Source of the DNA: Acipenser ruthenus | Taxonomy: Eukaryota | Assembly: GCF_902713425.1 (NCBI RefSeq) | Contig: NC_081212.1 | Coordinates: 9,972,261-10,036,260 of the forward strand | DNA length: 64,000 bases | Direction: 5' to 3' | Shown here: positions 23,000-35,299 of the stretch, piece by piece | How positions within the stretch are numbered: the stretch's first letter is position 1 | How the letters are laid out: every line of letters begins with the position of its first letter | Notes under the pieces: generated by a model | Told to the model about the DNA's origin: nothing | Database searches by the model: none | Seen by the model: only the letters and a program-made list of their open reading frames with translations | Made by a program: the position numbers and the translations under genes

Positions 23000-25330
23000 A
23001 TTGTCAGAATGTGGTATGTGTACCACAACTTGTAAGCAGAAAGTGGTACGATGTCAGATTGATTGAATGGGTGCTTCCCTGGTTTCAGTCTGGGAAGGCA
23101 GAGGAGTCCGCGGATCCTGGTCGGACCACTGGACGTCCCTGCATATTAACATGCTGGAGCTGCAGGCGGTCTCCCTTGCTCTTTGCCATTTCCTCCCAGT
23201 GCTAAGAGGTACACATGTGTTGGTCCGGACGGACAATATAACAGTGGTGGTGTATGTCAACCACCAGGATGGCCTACGGTCCCCGGGGTTGCATCGCATG
23301 GCCTTCAGGCTTTTGATGTGGGCTCAGAGGAACTTGCTGTCCCTGCGAGCGACGCACATTCCCAGAGCAGTGAACTGGGCAGCGGACCTCCTCTTGAGGG
23401 AGGATCCCCTTTCATCAGAGTGGTGACTCCACCCTCAGGTAGTGGAGCGCATTTGGGAACGATTCGGGAGGTCGCAGGTCGATCTCTTTGCCTTGGTGGA
23501 GACGACACACTGCCCCCTGTGGTACTCCCTCCACCGCTTAGGTGGTCCACTCACGAATGGCCCAAAACGTTTTTGTATGCTTTCCCACCTATACCGCTGC
23601 TCCCGGCCTTTCTCGAAAAGGTCTGGCGTCAATTCTCCTAGTGGCCCCCAGTTGGCCAAGGATAATCTGGTTCTCGACCCTCTGCACATGGATCTCCTGA
23701 GTCAGACGAGAGGCACTGTTTGGCACCTGGAACCGGGCAGGTTCCGGCTATGGGTCTGGCCCATGAAAGGGACCGCTGGTTAGCCCTAGGGCTATTAGAT
23801 GCGGTTGTGGGTACTTTGCAGAATGCTAGGGCACACTCCACTACGTTTTTTTACACCTACAAGTGGAAGTATTTTCAAGCTTGGTGTCTGGCTAGAAGCC
23901 ATGACCCAATCTCTTGCCCTATGCCGGTTATCTTACAGTTTCTGCATGAACTGCTTGATGCTGGTAGGTCACTGTGGCAATGTGCCCCGCCCCTGTGTGC
24001 ATATTATGTGTTGTATGTTGCGTGCGTGTGTTAATGTTGGTGTATAGATTGGTACACGGGATATAAACGGGTCTGTGTTTCACGTGTGATTTAAAAAGTG
24101 TAGATTTGTATTTAGGCACGAGGAGGGCACAAATCACTTCACGTGCTGGTTAAATGTAATATGTAAGCACGGGGTTGCACAGAATTAATTCACGTGCTGG
24201 GATTCAAGTGAATAATTAATTAGTAATTGAATCCCAGCACAACAGTATATATAGATGCACATTTCATTCAGTCAGGGTTGGGTGTTCAGTGAGTGGAGAA
24301 CGGGTGTGGAGCGGAGGTAAATGTTAATGAAAAGAATAAGAAGTAGTAGTTGTTTTCACTCACCGTGTTTGTTTAAGTGTCTAGTACGTTTTGTTTGTCT
24401 ATTTATTTTGGCGCAAGTGCCGTGTCCTGTGTTTTTGTGTTCCAACCTTTTATTTTCTGTTCTGTTTATTAAATGCTGAGCGAAAGCATTCGCTCAGCTT
24501 CACCAAACCACACATCTTTGTCTGTTTATTTCCTGGCTCTGGTCTGACGCCACCCACTCCGGCCGTCTTTGTGACAGTCACCTTCCACTTTGAAGGTGTA
24601 TTTAGCAGCTATTTCTGCATGCCATGCACCCATAGATTCGGTGTCTCCAGGTGCGCATTTCTTGGCTACCTGATTTCTTAAAGACACTCTGCGATTATGC
24701 CCTCCCAGGAGACTGTTCTCCCCGAATTGAGCCTTGATATTGTACTGGAGGTTTTCACGAAGGCCCCGTTTGAGCCCATATACTCCATAGAGTTGAAGCA
24801 TCTGTCTATGAAGACAGCCTTCCTCGTGGCTATCACCTCTGCTAAGCGGGTCAGTGAGCTGCAGGCGCTGTCTGTGCACAGCTCCTGCATGCACATTTGG
24901 GAGGATGGCAGCAGGGTGTCTCTGCGCACCAACCCTGCTTTTCTCCCCAAGGTGATCACAGCCTTCCACATGAATCAGTCTGTGGAACTGGAGTCCTTCC
25001 ATCCACCCCTGTTAGCTTCTACGGAGGATGAGAGATTGAGATTGGTCCCTCATATGCTGCTGTTCCTTCTCCCTTGCAATGGCTCTGGTATACATTATCC
25101 CATACATAATGTCTTTGGTGGTCGTCTTTGAATTGAAAGGGAATGTTAGGTTACTTACCGTAACCCTGGTTTTAATCCCTCTGTGGACGGGACCGAGAGC
25201 GTCATCGCAGGAAGGGGCCTATCGGCAACTCTGGTATAGAGAGCTCAGCAATTACCTACCCAATGGGCAGGCATATCCTATACATAATGTCGTTGGTGGT
25301 CGTCTCTTTTAGGGAACTAGGGTTACGGTA
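23000..25330 (+). mobile_element. DIRS-like tyrosine-recombinase retroelement fragment (RNase H, DIRS-specific domain, YR N-terminus; frameshifted) with palindromic terminal structure
   Basis: RNase H reads LELQAVSLALCHFLPVLRGTHVLVRTDNITVVVYVNHQDG at 23067-23426. The VDLFA...YAFPPIPLL domain is split across frames at 23442-23640. The recombinase N-terminus spans 23720-24034 and 24697-25131 (...AFLVAITSAKRVSELQAL...). Positions 25134-25320 hold a perfect 19-bp inverted repeat, GGTTACTTACCGTAACCCT / AGGGTTACGGTAAGTAACC, flanked by direct repeats CATACATAATGTC[T/G]TTGGTGGTCGTCT. Confidence 0.6.
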
Positions 25331-26399
25331 AGTAACCTAACGTTTTATTAATGTATTTCTACAGTGCTTACAAATCTTACAACACAGTTTAAAGCAGTAA
25401 AGACAAATAAGTATTTACTTGTTTACCATGCTGACATAATTTACTTCTTATAGAACTTAATGCAAAAGATGAAAAACAAACTTGGTCTGCAATAGCTGCA
25501 GATGGGTTTGTGGGTGTTTACCAGTTGGATTTGTGTGGGGGGGTGTTTATGCTGCAACCTAACTCGCTTCCAATTTCTTATTCTTATTTTTACTATGATT
25601 GGCTGCAAAGACAACAGGGCTAACCAGTGATTGGATAATGTTTTGTTGGGTGGGTTTTTATTGTTAGTAACTGTAATATGATTTGCACAATAGAAAATAA
25701 AAAAGGACTTGTCGTTAATATCTCAGTCACAGAGCCCAAACGTTCGACTCCGAGTCACACAAGGTTGGGTCCGAGTCAAGTCCGAGTCCCGGACTCGAGT
25801 CCTACAAGTCTGCGTCATAGAAATTGTTTTACCCAAAAAGCAAGACAAATAGTTTACTGGGTGAATTATCACTGCTAACACAGTGCAGGTGTATTTAATT
25901 ACCAAGTCAGTTGTAAATATGTATTTATAGAAATTACATTACAAGACAGGTACTTCACAGGATATTAAAAACCTGTCCCACTAAACACAATACATAAAAT
26001 AGGCTAAAATCAGGGACGTTTCTCTACAATGAGGAATGAAAACTAAAATAAACAAACAAAGCCCTACTCTACAGAATGCCAGGCTGTCGGGGATTACACC
26101 GTATACCAAGCCTGTGTGTCACTTTTTACCAAATACTATATCCAAATCGGTTTACTCACACCCTCTCATAATTCTGAGAATACTTTGACAACTACTCGTA
26201 GATCTCACAAAGGCAGGTTTACAATCGTACACTTGCAAAATTATAACAGCCGTCAGATTCTTTTTTGAAGAAAGTTACACAACATTAGTGCCGGTGTTCT
26301 GAAAATCGGAGCCTCCCCCTCCAAATGGGCCTCCCGGAGCACAGGTTTTCAGACTAGTCTGATAAGTAGTGCCACCCCTCTAAATTAGCTACCTAGATC

Positions 26400-27120
26400 G
26401 AACAATGCAAGGAAGTTAATTTGGAGAAGCAGAAATGACAGCACCAAATGGGCTACCCTGTGTTTTGACTGAAATGTACACTGTTGCAGCAGCAAAGGTA
26501 ATTCAAAATGATCTGATGACATTTAATATAGAAAAGTGTAAGGTACTGCACGCAGGCAATAGAAATGTGCATTATAAATACCATATGGGAGACACTAAAA
26601 TTCAAGAAGGAATCTATGAAAAATCTAGGAATCTAGGAGTTTATGTTGACTCAGAAATGTCTTCATCTAGACAATATGGGGAAGCTATAAAAAAAGGCTA
26701 ACAAAATGCTCTGACATATTGGGAAAACTGTTGAATTTAAATCAAGGGAAGTAATGTTAAAACTTTACAATGCATTAGTAAGACCTCATCTAGAATATTG
26801 TGTTCAGTTGTGGTCACCTCGTTACAAAAAGGATATTGCTGCCCGAGAAAGAGTGCAAAGAAGAATGACCAGAATTATCCCTGGTTTAAAATGCATGTCA
26901 TATGCAGACAGGTTAAAACAATTGAATATTTTCAGTCTTGGACAAAGAAGACTACGCGGCGATCTGATTCAAGCATTCAGAATTCTAAAAGGTATTGACA
27001 ATGTCGACCCAGGGGATTTTTTCAACCTGAAAAAAGAAACAAGAACTCCCCATAATCTCCACCTCCCAACCCCACGTGTAATAATGTTAAGAATTCTTAC
27101 CTTACATATAATTAACCAAA
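26400..27120 (+). mobile_element. CR1-like LINE RT C-terminal fragment (plus orientation)
   Basis: ORFs 26435-26701 and 26754-27164 read ...KCKVLHAGNRN...[45 protein letters not shown]...[16 protein letters not shown]. This is the CR1 RT thumb/C-terminal region, found also in chicken CR1. Confidence 0.8.
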
Positions 27121-27139
27121 CAAATTCTACAATAACAAA

Positions 27140-30100
27140 ATATCTTTGCTTGTTTGGTTGTTAGGAGCTTATTGATCCCAGAATCTCATCAAGCAGCTTC
27201 TTGAAGGTTCCCAGGGTGTCAGCTTCAACAACATTACTGGGGAGTTGGTTCCAGACTCCCACAATTCTCTGTGTAAAAAAGTGCCTCCTATTTTCTGTTC
27301 TGAATACCCCTTTGTCTAATCTCCATTTGTGACCCCTGTTCCTTGTTTCTTTTTTCAGGTTGAAAAAGTCCCCTGGGTCAACATTGTCTATACTTTTTAG
27401 AATTTTGAATGTTTGAATCAGATCGCCGCGTAGTCTTCTTTGTTCAATACTGAATAGATTAAATTCTTTTAGCCTGTTATGACATGCCTTTTAAACCAGG
27501 AATAATTCTGGTCACTCTTCTTTGCAGTCTTTCTAAACAGCAATATACTTTTTGTAGTGAGGTGACCAGAACTGAACACAATATTCTAGATGAGGTCTTA
27601 CTAATGCATTGTAAAGTTTTAACATTACTTCCCTTGATTTAAATTCACTTTTCACTATATATCCCAGCATTTTGTTGGTCTTTTTTATAGCTTACCCACA
27701 TTGTCTAGATGAAGACATTTCTGAGTCAACATAAACTCCTAGGTCTTTTTAATAGATTCCTTCTTCAATTTCAGTATCTCCCATATTGTATTTATAATGC
27801 ACATTTTTATTGCCTGCATGCAGTACCTTAAACTTTTCTCTATTAAATGTAATTTGCCGTGTGTCTTCCCAGTTCTGAATGCTGTCTAGATCATTTTGGA
27901 TGAACTTTGCTGCTTTTTTGTGTCATCTGCAAATTTTACAAGTTTGCTTACTATACCAGAATCCAAGTCATAAATGTAGATTAGGAATAGCAGAGGGCCT
28001 AATACTGATCCCTGTGGTACACCACTGGTTACCTCGCTCCATTTTGAGGTTTCTCCGCTAATCAGTACCTTCTGTTTTCTGCATGTTAACCACTCCATAA
28101 TCCATGTGCATACATTTCCTTGAATCCCTATTGCGTTCAGTTTGATAATTAATCTTTTATGCAGGACTTTGTCAAAAGTTTTCTGGAAATCTAAATAAAC
28201 CATGTCATATGCTTTGCAATTATCCATTGTTGATGTTGCATCCTCAAAAAAATCAAGCAGTTTAGTTAGACACGATCTCCCTTTCCTAAAACCATGCTGA
28301 CTGTCTCCCAGGATACTGTTACCATATAGGTAATTTTCCATTTTGGATCTTATTATAGTTTCCATAGGTTTACATATAATAGATGTCAGGCTTATTGGTC
28401 TGTAGTTACCTGGTTCGGTTTTGTCTCCCTTTTTGTGGATCGGTATTACGTTTGCAATTCTCCAGTCTGTCGGTACAACCCCTGTCTCAAGAGACTGATG
28501 CATGATCTTGGTTAGTGGTTTGGAAATAACTTCTTTCATTTCTTTGAGCAATATTGGGAGGATCTCATCTGACCCAGGGGATTTGTTTATTTTAAGAGCT
28601 CCTAGTCCCTTTAACATTTCTGCCTTGGTTATGCTAAAGTTATTTAAAACAGGATAGGAACAGTTAGACATGTGGGGCATGTTGTCCGTATCCTCCTTTG
28701 TAAAAACTTGTGAAAAGTACTCATTTAATATATTTGCTATTTTTTTCTCTTGGTCTATGATTTTGCAATGTATATCTCTTAGCCATTTAACCTCCACTTT
28801 GAATGTTCTCTTGCTATTATAATATTGGAAAAACTTTGTGGAATTGGTTTTATGCCCCCTAGCAATGTTCATTTCTATCGCTCTCTTGGCCTTTATAACT
28901 TCCTTTTTGATTTGCATTTGCAGTTCCAAGTACTCTTTCTGTGTACTTTTTTCTTGGTCCCTTTTAAACGCACTGTAAAGCGCCTTTTTTCGCTGAATAT
29001 TGTTTTAATTGATCTATTAAACCATTTTGGCCATTTTGTTTTAGATTTAGATTGGTCTACTTTTGGGATGTAATTGTTAAAAAACAGCCATCCTTTTTCT
29101 GTGGATGTTTTCTCTATTTACTCCAACTTCTATTAGTCTGTTTCATACCTTTATAGTTTGCCTTGTTATTTTTGGGGTTTTAAAAATCACTTAAAATGAG
29201 ACCATGTTGTGGTCTGAGTTTGCCAATGGTTCTCTGACCTCTGTTTTAGTTATTCTGTCTTTGTTATTAGAAAAGACTAAATCAAGGCATGCCTCCCCTC
29301 TAGTCGGTACCTTGACAAATTGCGTTAGGAAGCAGTCATTTGTCATTTCCACCATTTCAATTTCATCTGTCATGCTCCCCACCGGGTTTTCCTATTTTAT
29401 ATGGGGGAAGTTGAAATCCCCCATTAGTATGGCTTCTCCTTTGCTACACGTATTTCTAATGTCATTGTATAACAGATTATTTTGCTTGGTGTCTGAATTT
29501 GGTGGTCTGTATGTAGCATGCTCCTATTATTATGCCCTTTGAATTTTTGTCCATTATTCTGACCCATATTGATTCAGCGTTGTTTTCTTCGTCCAGATTT
29601 AACACTTGGGCTTCAAGACTATATCTTATGTATAGCACTACCCCTCCGCCTCTTCTGTCCTGCCTGTCTTTCCTATATAGTGTATACCCACTAATATTAT
29701 ATTCGTCTTCATTACTCTCAGATAACCAAGTTTCTGTAACACCTATCACATCGTAGTTACTTGTTAGTACAGTAGCTTCAAGTTCTAACATTTTGTTTCT
29801 AATACTTCTAGCATTTAGATAAATACATGTAATGGCTGTCTTACTATTATTATTATTATTATTATTATTTATTTCTTAGCAGACGCCCTTATCCAGGGCG
29901 ACTTACAATTGTTACAAGATATCACATTATTTTTACATACAATTACCCATTTATACAGTTGGGTTTTTACTGGAGCAATCTAGGTAAAGTACCTTGCTCA
30001 AGGGTACAGCAGCAGTGTCCCCACTGGGGATTGAACCCACAACCCTCCGGTCAAGAGTCCAGAGCCCTAACCACTACTCCACACTGCTGCCCCTGAGTTG

Positions 30101-30170
30101 TTGCCCTTGTTTTGATGTGGTCTCCCTTCTGTTTTTTTGTTAATTTCACCCCCCTTCATTTATAGTTTAA
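27140..30170 (-). mobile_element. CR1-like LINE, near-complete ORF2 (endonuclease plus reverse transcriptase) and 3' tail; contains a nested SINE
   Basis: 3' tail at 27140-27300. RT ORF 27886-28929(-) carries FADDTK/YLDFQKTFDKV motifs. Endonuclease fragments lie at 29191-29382 and 29477-29791(-). The 5' region is collinear with 9900-10110 except for a SINE inserted at 29846-30091. Confidence 0.85.
29846..30091 (-). mobile_element. tRNA-derived SINE (family B) nested in the CR1 5' region
   Basis: Full tRNA-like head with A box TGGAGTAGTGGTTAGGGC and B box GGTTCAATCCCCAGTGGGG. Tail GTAAGTCGCCCTGGATAAGGGCGTCTGCTAAGAAATAAAT(AAT)n. The empty-site homolog is at 9985-10000. Confidence 0.85.
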
Positions 30171-30419
30171 ATGTCACGTTGCTACTAGTAACACCTTCTC
30201 CAAACCTTTGGGAAACTTCCAGCAACATTACCTATTGAATAATGAATTATTCAATTTTTTCGATGTATATCATGAAGCGTAATTACGTTTCATTATTTAA
30301 TTTATTTAATTTATCACAATGTATCACACATGGGGATAGCATTCATTTGCAGTCCATTATAACATCACTTTAATTTTTAAACTTCTTATAGTTAGCTTCT
30401 GGATTATCAGACTATACAG

Positions 30420-31250
30420 AGTCAGTTTGATGTAATTGTTGAACATTAACTTTTGAGATGTTTCAGAGGTGGTAGAAGGAGGATTTGACTACAGAGGAGA
30501 TGTGGGCATCAAAGGAGAAATTACCAAGGCTTCGTACTGTGGGGGAAGGCAGCAGCAGACAGTTTCCGAGGTTCAAGGCAGCAATATTGAGATTCTTGCG
30601 TTGAGTTTTCGATCCTACTAGAAGTTCAGATTTGTGTTCAGCTGAAGAAAATTGCCAGACATCCAGGTCTCAATGTCTTGGATGCTAGCTGAGAGCCGGA
30701 CCATGGCAGAGGGACATCCAGGGTCTAGTTTCAGGTAGAGCTGGGTGTCATCAGCATAGGAGTGAAACATGAGGCTGTGTTGGCGGATGAGGTGACCCAA
30801 GGGAAGCATGTAGACGTTGAAGAAAAGAGGCCCAAGAACAGACCCTTAAGGGACACCACAGGTGACCGGGTTTTCATAGAAGACAGACTGCATGCATCCA
30901 GATAGATAAGAGGACAGCCAGGAGAGACAGGTTCCAGAGATCCCAGCATACTTCTGAAGGCGGTCAAGAAGAATGTCATGATCTATGGTGTCAAAAGCAG
31001 CTGTTAGGTCAAGGAGGACAAGCACAGAGGGAGCTGCAGCATCAGCATTAAGCAAGAGATCATTTACAATCCAGAGCAGAGCAGTTTCAGAACTGTGATG
31101 CGGCCAGAAGCCAGACTGCAGAGATTCAAGCAGATTGTTATCTGTGAGATGTTTCGTCAGCTGGCTGGCAACAGCCCTTTCAAGAGTTTTGGCGAGAAAA
31201 GGAAGATATATCGATTAATTAATTTATTTATTTATGTGAGTGTGGTGGGT
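30420..31250 (-). mobile_element. L2-clade LINE reverse-transcriptase fragment (frameshifted)
   Basis: Minus-strand ORFs give LDLTAAFDTIDHDILLDRL...GISGTCLSWLSSYL and ...YADDTQLY.... These are RT motifs of L2-type LINEs. Confidence 0.7.
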
Positions 31251-32169
31251 TATGGGAGGAAGTGATGTGATACAGAAGTGATGGAGACAGGAAGCACGTA
31301 GTTGGGGTTGTTTTTTTTTATTTATAACTCCCACAAGAAACTGCCTCTGTTACCAGCTATGGTAAGCAGAGGCTTGAAATGAAAAACAAATAGTCCAAAC
31401 AAAAGAGAAACACTGCCACAGGGTTTTCCAATGATCCACAACAAGCAGGTGGCTCGGGCTCCCTCTTCAACACAACAGGACAAGTAGATCTCAGGGAAAA
31501 TCCAGACTCGAAGGCAGCCGGTCTGGGAATCCTCAGTCTGAATATACGTAAAACAAACAAAAGAACAAAACTCACAGAGCTCACGCAGCACAACTGCCTC
31601 AGTCCAGGATAGAGAGACCAAATGGCAGAACCCCACAGCCTAAATAGTGCCGAGCCCTGCCCCTACAATCAGTGCACTGCCCCACCTCAGCCAATCGTCG
31701 AGCGCAGCACAGCTGATTGCAATAATGGGGCTCAACCATGAGGTCCTGCCCCAAGTTAAGATGGCCGCCCCCACTGTGGCTTCTGCCCCAACCATGACTC
31801 AGCCATTCTCCTGTGTCTCGGTCCTTCCTGCACAGCGCTGCCAGTAGTCGGGAGGGCAAATTACAAGAGGGACTCCTTTCACTCCTGTCACAGTGAGTAA
31901 CACTTTTAAATGTAATTCCGTGTCTGCAATTCATCACGAATTACATATGAACAAACTCTTATTCTAAAGTGTTACCAATTATTTAATACAGCGTTGGCGA
32001 GGCTGTTCACCCTCCTTTGCATAAAGATAACATGTCGCTCCCCTCCACTAACATGGGGGCAGCAGTATTGGCAGGTCAGTCGTGATCTCTGTATCGTCTC
32101 TGGTTCACAGCCGCAGCCAGCACCCTACATACTTTTCAAAGCTGCGCTGGGCAGGATCTGCACAGATTT

Positions 32170-32800
32170 TTGAGGGTGGAGCTTCGTGACGTCACGCAGT
32201 ATACCTCGCAGAACTGGATTCTGTGGAGAATTATGGAAATCTGTGCTACAAGAACGCACCTATACTGCCGCGGATCCTAGGAATATATACAGAAGGATAG
32301 GACAGTCAATCTCGGGATGCAGTTTGGTACTCAATTACAGGCGCCATTTGTGGAGCCCACTCAGTACTGAATACATTGCGGCGATGCTGTGTGGCAGCGC
32401 CAGGATATACCGGTATTTTTTTTAATAACAATACAAAATATCGTTAATATAAAGTGACTGACTGTTATTTATGCGAATTAACGCTTGCTTATGTCAAGAA
32501 ACATTTTGCCAGGGCGTGCGCGAATAAGTTAAAAACATTGCGAGTGCGCTGTGTTAAAGTGCTATACGGGCTCCAGAAAAGAAATGCTGCACTGTTTACT
32601 AACTCCGCCCACTTGTGACATCATTTTCCTATCCTTCTTTATATAGTCCTAGCTCGGATCCAGGAAGTACTGTAGAACTGTTGCAGAAGCTCGAGTTCCT
32701 CCAATGCGCACTGTATGTTGTATATTGTTGTGGTTTGTTCCTTTCTTTACGAAGACCAATAGTGCCAGGTTGTAAGCATTTGCAATTCCGGTAAGGACCT
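32170..32800 (+). promoter_or_regulatory. PARP4: Putative PARP4 promoter and non-coding first exon: CRE palindrome, GC box, TATA, 5' UTR exon with GTAAGG donor
   Basis: CpG-rich block from about 31600 to 32800. Perfect CRE/ATF palindrome CGTGACGTCACG at 32177-32189. GC box CTCCGCCC at about 32603. TTTATATAG at 32638-32646. Candidate donor CCG|GTAAGG at 32790/32791. The ATG exon is preceded by an acceptor-like TTGTTTCTGCTTCAG at 33445-33459. All of this is inferred from sequence. Confidence 0.3.
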
Positions 32801-33467
32801 AACTTGTCTTTAAATCGTACTTTATTGTCATCAGATCCTATCGTTGAGATTGTACAATAAACACGAATTCCTGTCCAGTTATATTTGCACTGATATTTGA
32901 TAAAAAGCAAAGATTAGCGAAATAATGTTATTTTGCCTTTGTTATATATGTTTATTCACAGTATTTGTCTATGTGTTGGGCTTGGTACGTTTCTAACGTA
33001 GGCGCGGTTGCTTGAGAAAATCGGGGAAATCATGTGATCTCCTTCAAAGAGGTGAAGCTAGGCCATGGTCAGCTTCACATTAAAGTTGGCTTGAAAAGTC
33101 TAGGTGATATGGTTGTGAATATCAAATGAATATCGAACTTCAAACCAACTTTACCTCTAAAATATTTTGAATATGCCTGTGAATAGCAAGATTACAGTTG
33201 TAATTACTTTTTATATGTGTATCAGTAATGCATCATAAATTATTTAACTTCAGAAGCTTTGACAATTATCTCCCCCACCCCCGAAAAAACATCACAGCTT
33301 TAAAATATAATCCAGTGCAGTCAATGACCTTATTAACAAGAAACAAAATACTTGACAGTAATAGCTTCTAATTACTACTGTATGCTTTAATGACTTTATT
33401 CTGTGGTGTGCTTGTGTGTATTTTTTAATGTCATTAATTGAACTTGTTTCTGCTTCAGTAACTCATC

Positions 33468-33593
33468 ATGGGTGTCTTTGAGAAGTGTGTGATGGTTCTA
33501 GAACTGAAGACCTTACCGATAAAGCAAAAGAACAAACTGAAGACTGAAATAAAAGAAAATGGGGGGATCATTTCTTATGTGTTAGATAAAAAG
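33468..33593 (+). CDS. PARP4: PARP4 coding exon 1 (start codon; MGVFEKCVMVLELKTLPIKQKNKLKTEIKENGGIISYVLDKK)
   Basis: Matches the human PARP4 N-terminus MVMGIFANCIFCLKVKYLPQQQKKKLQTDIKENGG. Donor AAG|GTACCG. Confidence 0.8.
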
Positions 33594-34242
33594 GTACCGT
33601 GTTTGAATGCCACTAATTTCAGTTTTTATTTCTTTGAGTGGATGTTTAATGCAGACAAGCCTGGCTGTTTTGCATGGAGATTAAGACGCTTGCTCGAGGC
33701 GTGCAGGGTCGTCAGTTCACACCCAGCCTCCGCCCTTACACTTTCAACATTGTAGGTCATACTTAAGATTTTTACATTCCCAGTTTACATTAGCCACATT
33801 TAGCCCAGCTCTGAGGCGACTTCGTTCTTTTTTTATGTAGTGTAACGGAGCCGTCGTAGGTCCAGCCCAGGTCTGTCCTGCTCCAGAGGAGCTAGTGTGC
33901 AACGCCCCCACTGTCCGCATCAAACAGGCACAGACAAGAGCAACAGGAAGGATTGTTGCTCGGACAACGGAAACAAAAAATATCTTTGACATAACGCTGA
34001 GACAGAGGCAGAGGATTCCAAGATACAAACCAACTTTTGTACATGTGCTACAATGTGAAAAGACATGATATAATGTATGCAGGATAAATGTGAAACAAGC
34101 GCAATTGCCACTAAACTTTATTGTCAGAAATATTGTTTTTCACACATATAATTTTTAAATCAGATGTTAAAGCCAGAGTTTTGTGCCATCTTTACAAATG
34201 GCTTATTCTTAGCACCAATACATTGTTGTTTTCATTTCACAG

Positions 34243-34438
34243 TGTACCCATGTTATTGTGAGTCATATGAAGGATGTGAGCTCTCATCGTCTAAAGAGCA
34301 TTCAGCAGTTCCAGATCCCTGTTGTCAGTGTGGAATATGTTTCAAAATGCATTGAAGAGGGAAGACTTGTGGATGAGGATGCTTATGCCCCTGCTGAGCA
34401 TCCAGATGTAATTCAGAATACAAACTGCAAGAATCCAG
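34243..34438 (+). CDS. PARP4: PARP4 coding exon 2 (BRCT domain)
   Basis: CTHVIVSHMKDVSSHRLKSIQQFQIPVVSVEYVSKCIEEGRLVDEDAYAP... aligns with human CTHIILDNADVLSQYQLNSIQKNHVHIANPDFIWKSIREKRLLDVKNYDPY. Acceptor TTTCACAG, donor CAG|GTATTT. Confidence 0.8.
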
Positions 34439-35038
34439 GTATTTTGTACAGGACAGTGGGTATAAGAATTCCATGATGCATTTCTTACAGATGTTAAGGT
34501 CCGCTAGGGAAGGTAATGCTTACACGTTGGTGTACCTGCTGGCCTTTTGAAGAGAAGTCAGGGTATTAGCCTTGATGTCATCCCTATATAGATCAATAGA
34601 ATTCTGGTTTGCCTATTTTCCTGGCTAATTGTGGAAAAAGGCTTCAGCTCCCCAATCCCTATTAACATATACAGATAATTTACTAAATATACACAACACC
34701 TATCTGAACAGCATTTACAATTACTTACCTCTGAAACACAATAGTAAAGGCTGCAGTGGTCCTGTGATATGGAGGAAGTGCTTGCTCACTATGTCAGATT
34801 GCTTGACGTCAGCTTAAAGGGGTATTAACCAAATCATTGAAAATAAGTTCAACAGCACCTGAGTGAAAATGAAGTCTGACCAACTTAGAGCCATTCGAGT
34901 GTAGCTCCCAAAGTCCAGTTTTTATCATTCTTGTTCTCTTTCTGGGCTTCAGAATTCTGTCTTTACTCTGTACTCTGGTTGTTACTTGAAACTTGGTTCA
35001 TGAGGCATTGGGAGTAAGCTGGTTATTGATTTCATTAG

Positions 35039-35129
35039 AAGGAGAGGAGATCAGCCCACTTTCTGAAGCTTTTCCAGGTGATGATCAGGAAGAAACAGTG
35101 AAGAACAAAGACTCTCTGGACAAATTCAG
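35039..35129 (+). CDS. PARP4: PARP4 coding exon 3 (poorly conserved linker)
   Basis: Frame-consistent (phase 1 in, phase 2 out) between exons 2 and 4. Acceptor CATTAG, donor CAG|GTATTT. Weak similarity to human. Confidence 0.5.
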
Positions 35130-35299
35130 GTATTTCCAAGGACTAAATCTGTTTAGAAAGGGTGGGGGTGAATATCATATTGTCTCACATTCACATTTTA
35201 AAGAGCAGAGTTCTGTAGTTGAACAAGTTTTTGTTTCCAGGGATTAACTAGTTGGTTTTAGACATTCATCTCAACACTGGTATGTCCAGGAATGCTACT

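Noticed and set aside
27886-28929. 347-aa ORF as a candidate host gene
   Set aside because: It has clear LINE reverse-transcriptase motifs and is flanked by a CR1 endonuclease and a CR1 3' tail on the same strand. It is a transposable-element ORF.
32186-32425. 79-aa ORF in the CpG-rich block upstream of PARP4
   Set aside because: It has no similarity or splice context. GC-rich promoter regions commonly give spurious ORFs, so it is interpreted as promoter or 5' UTR instead.
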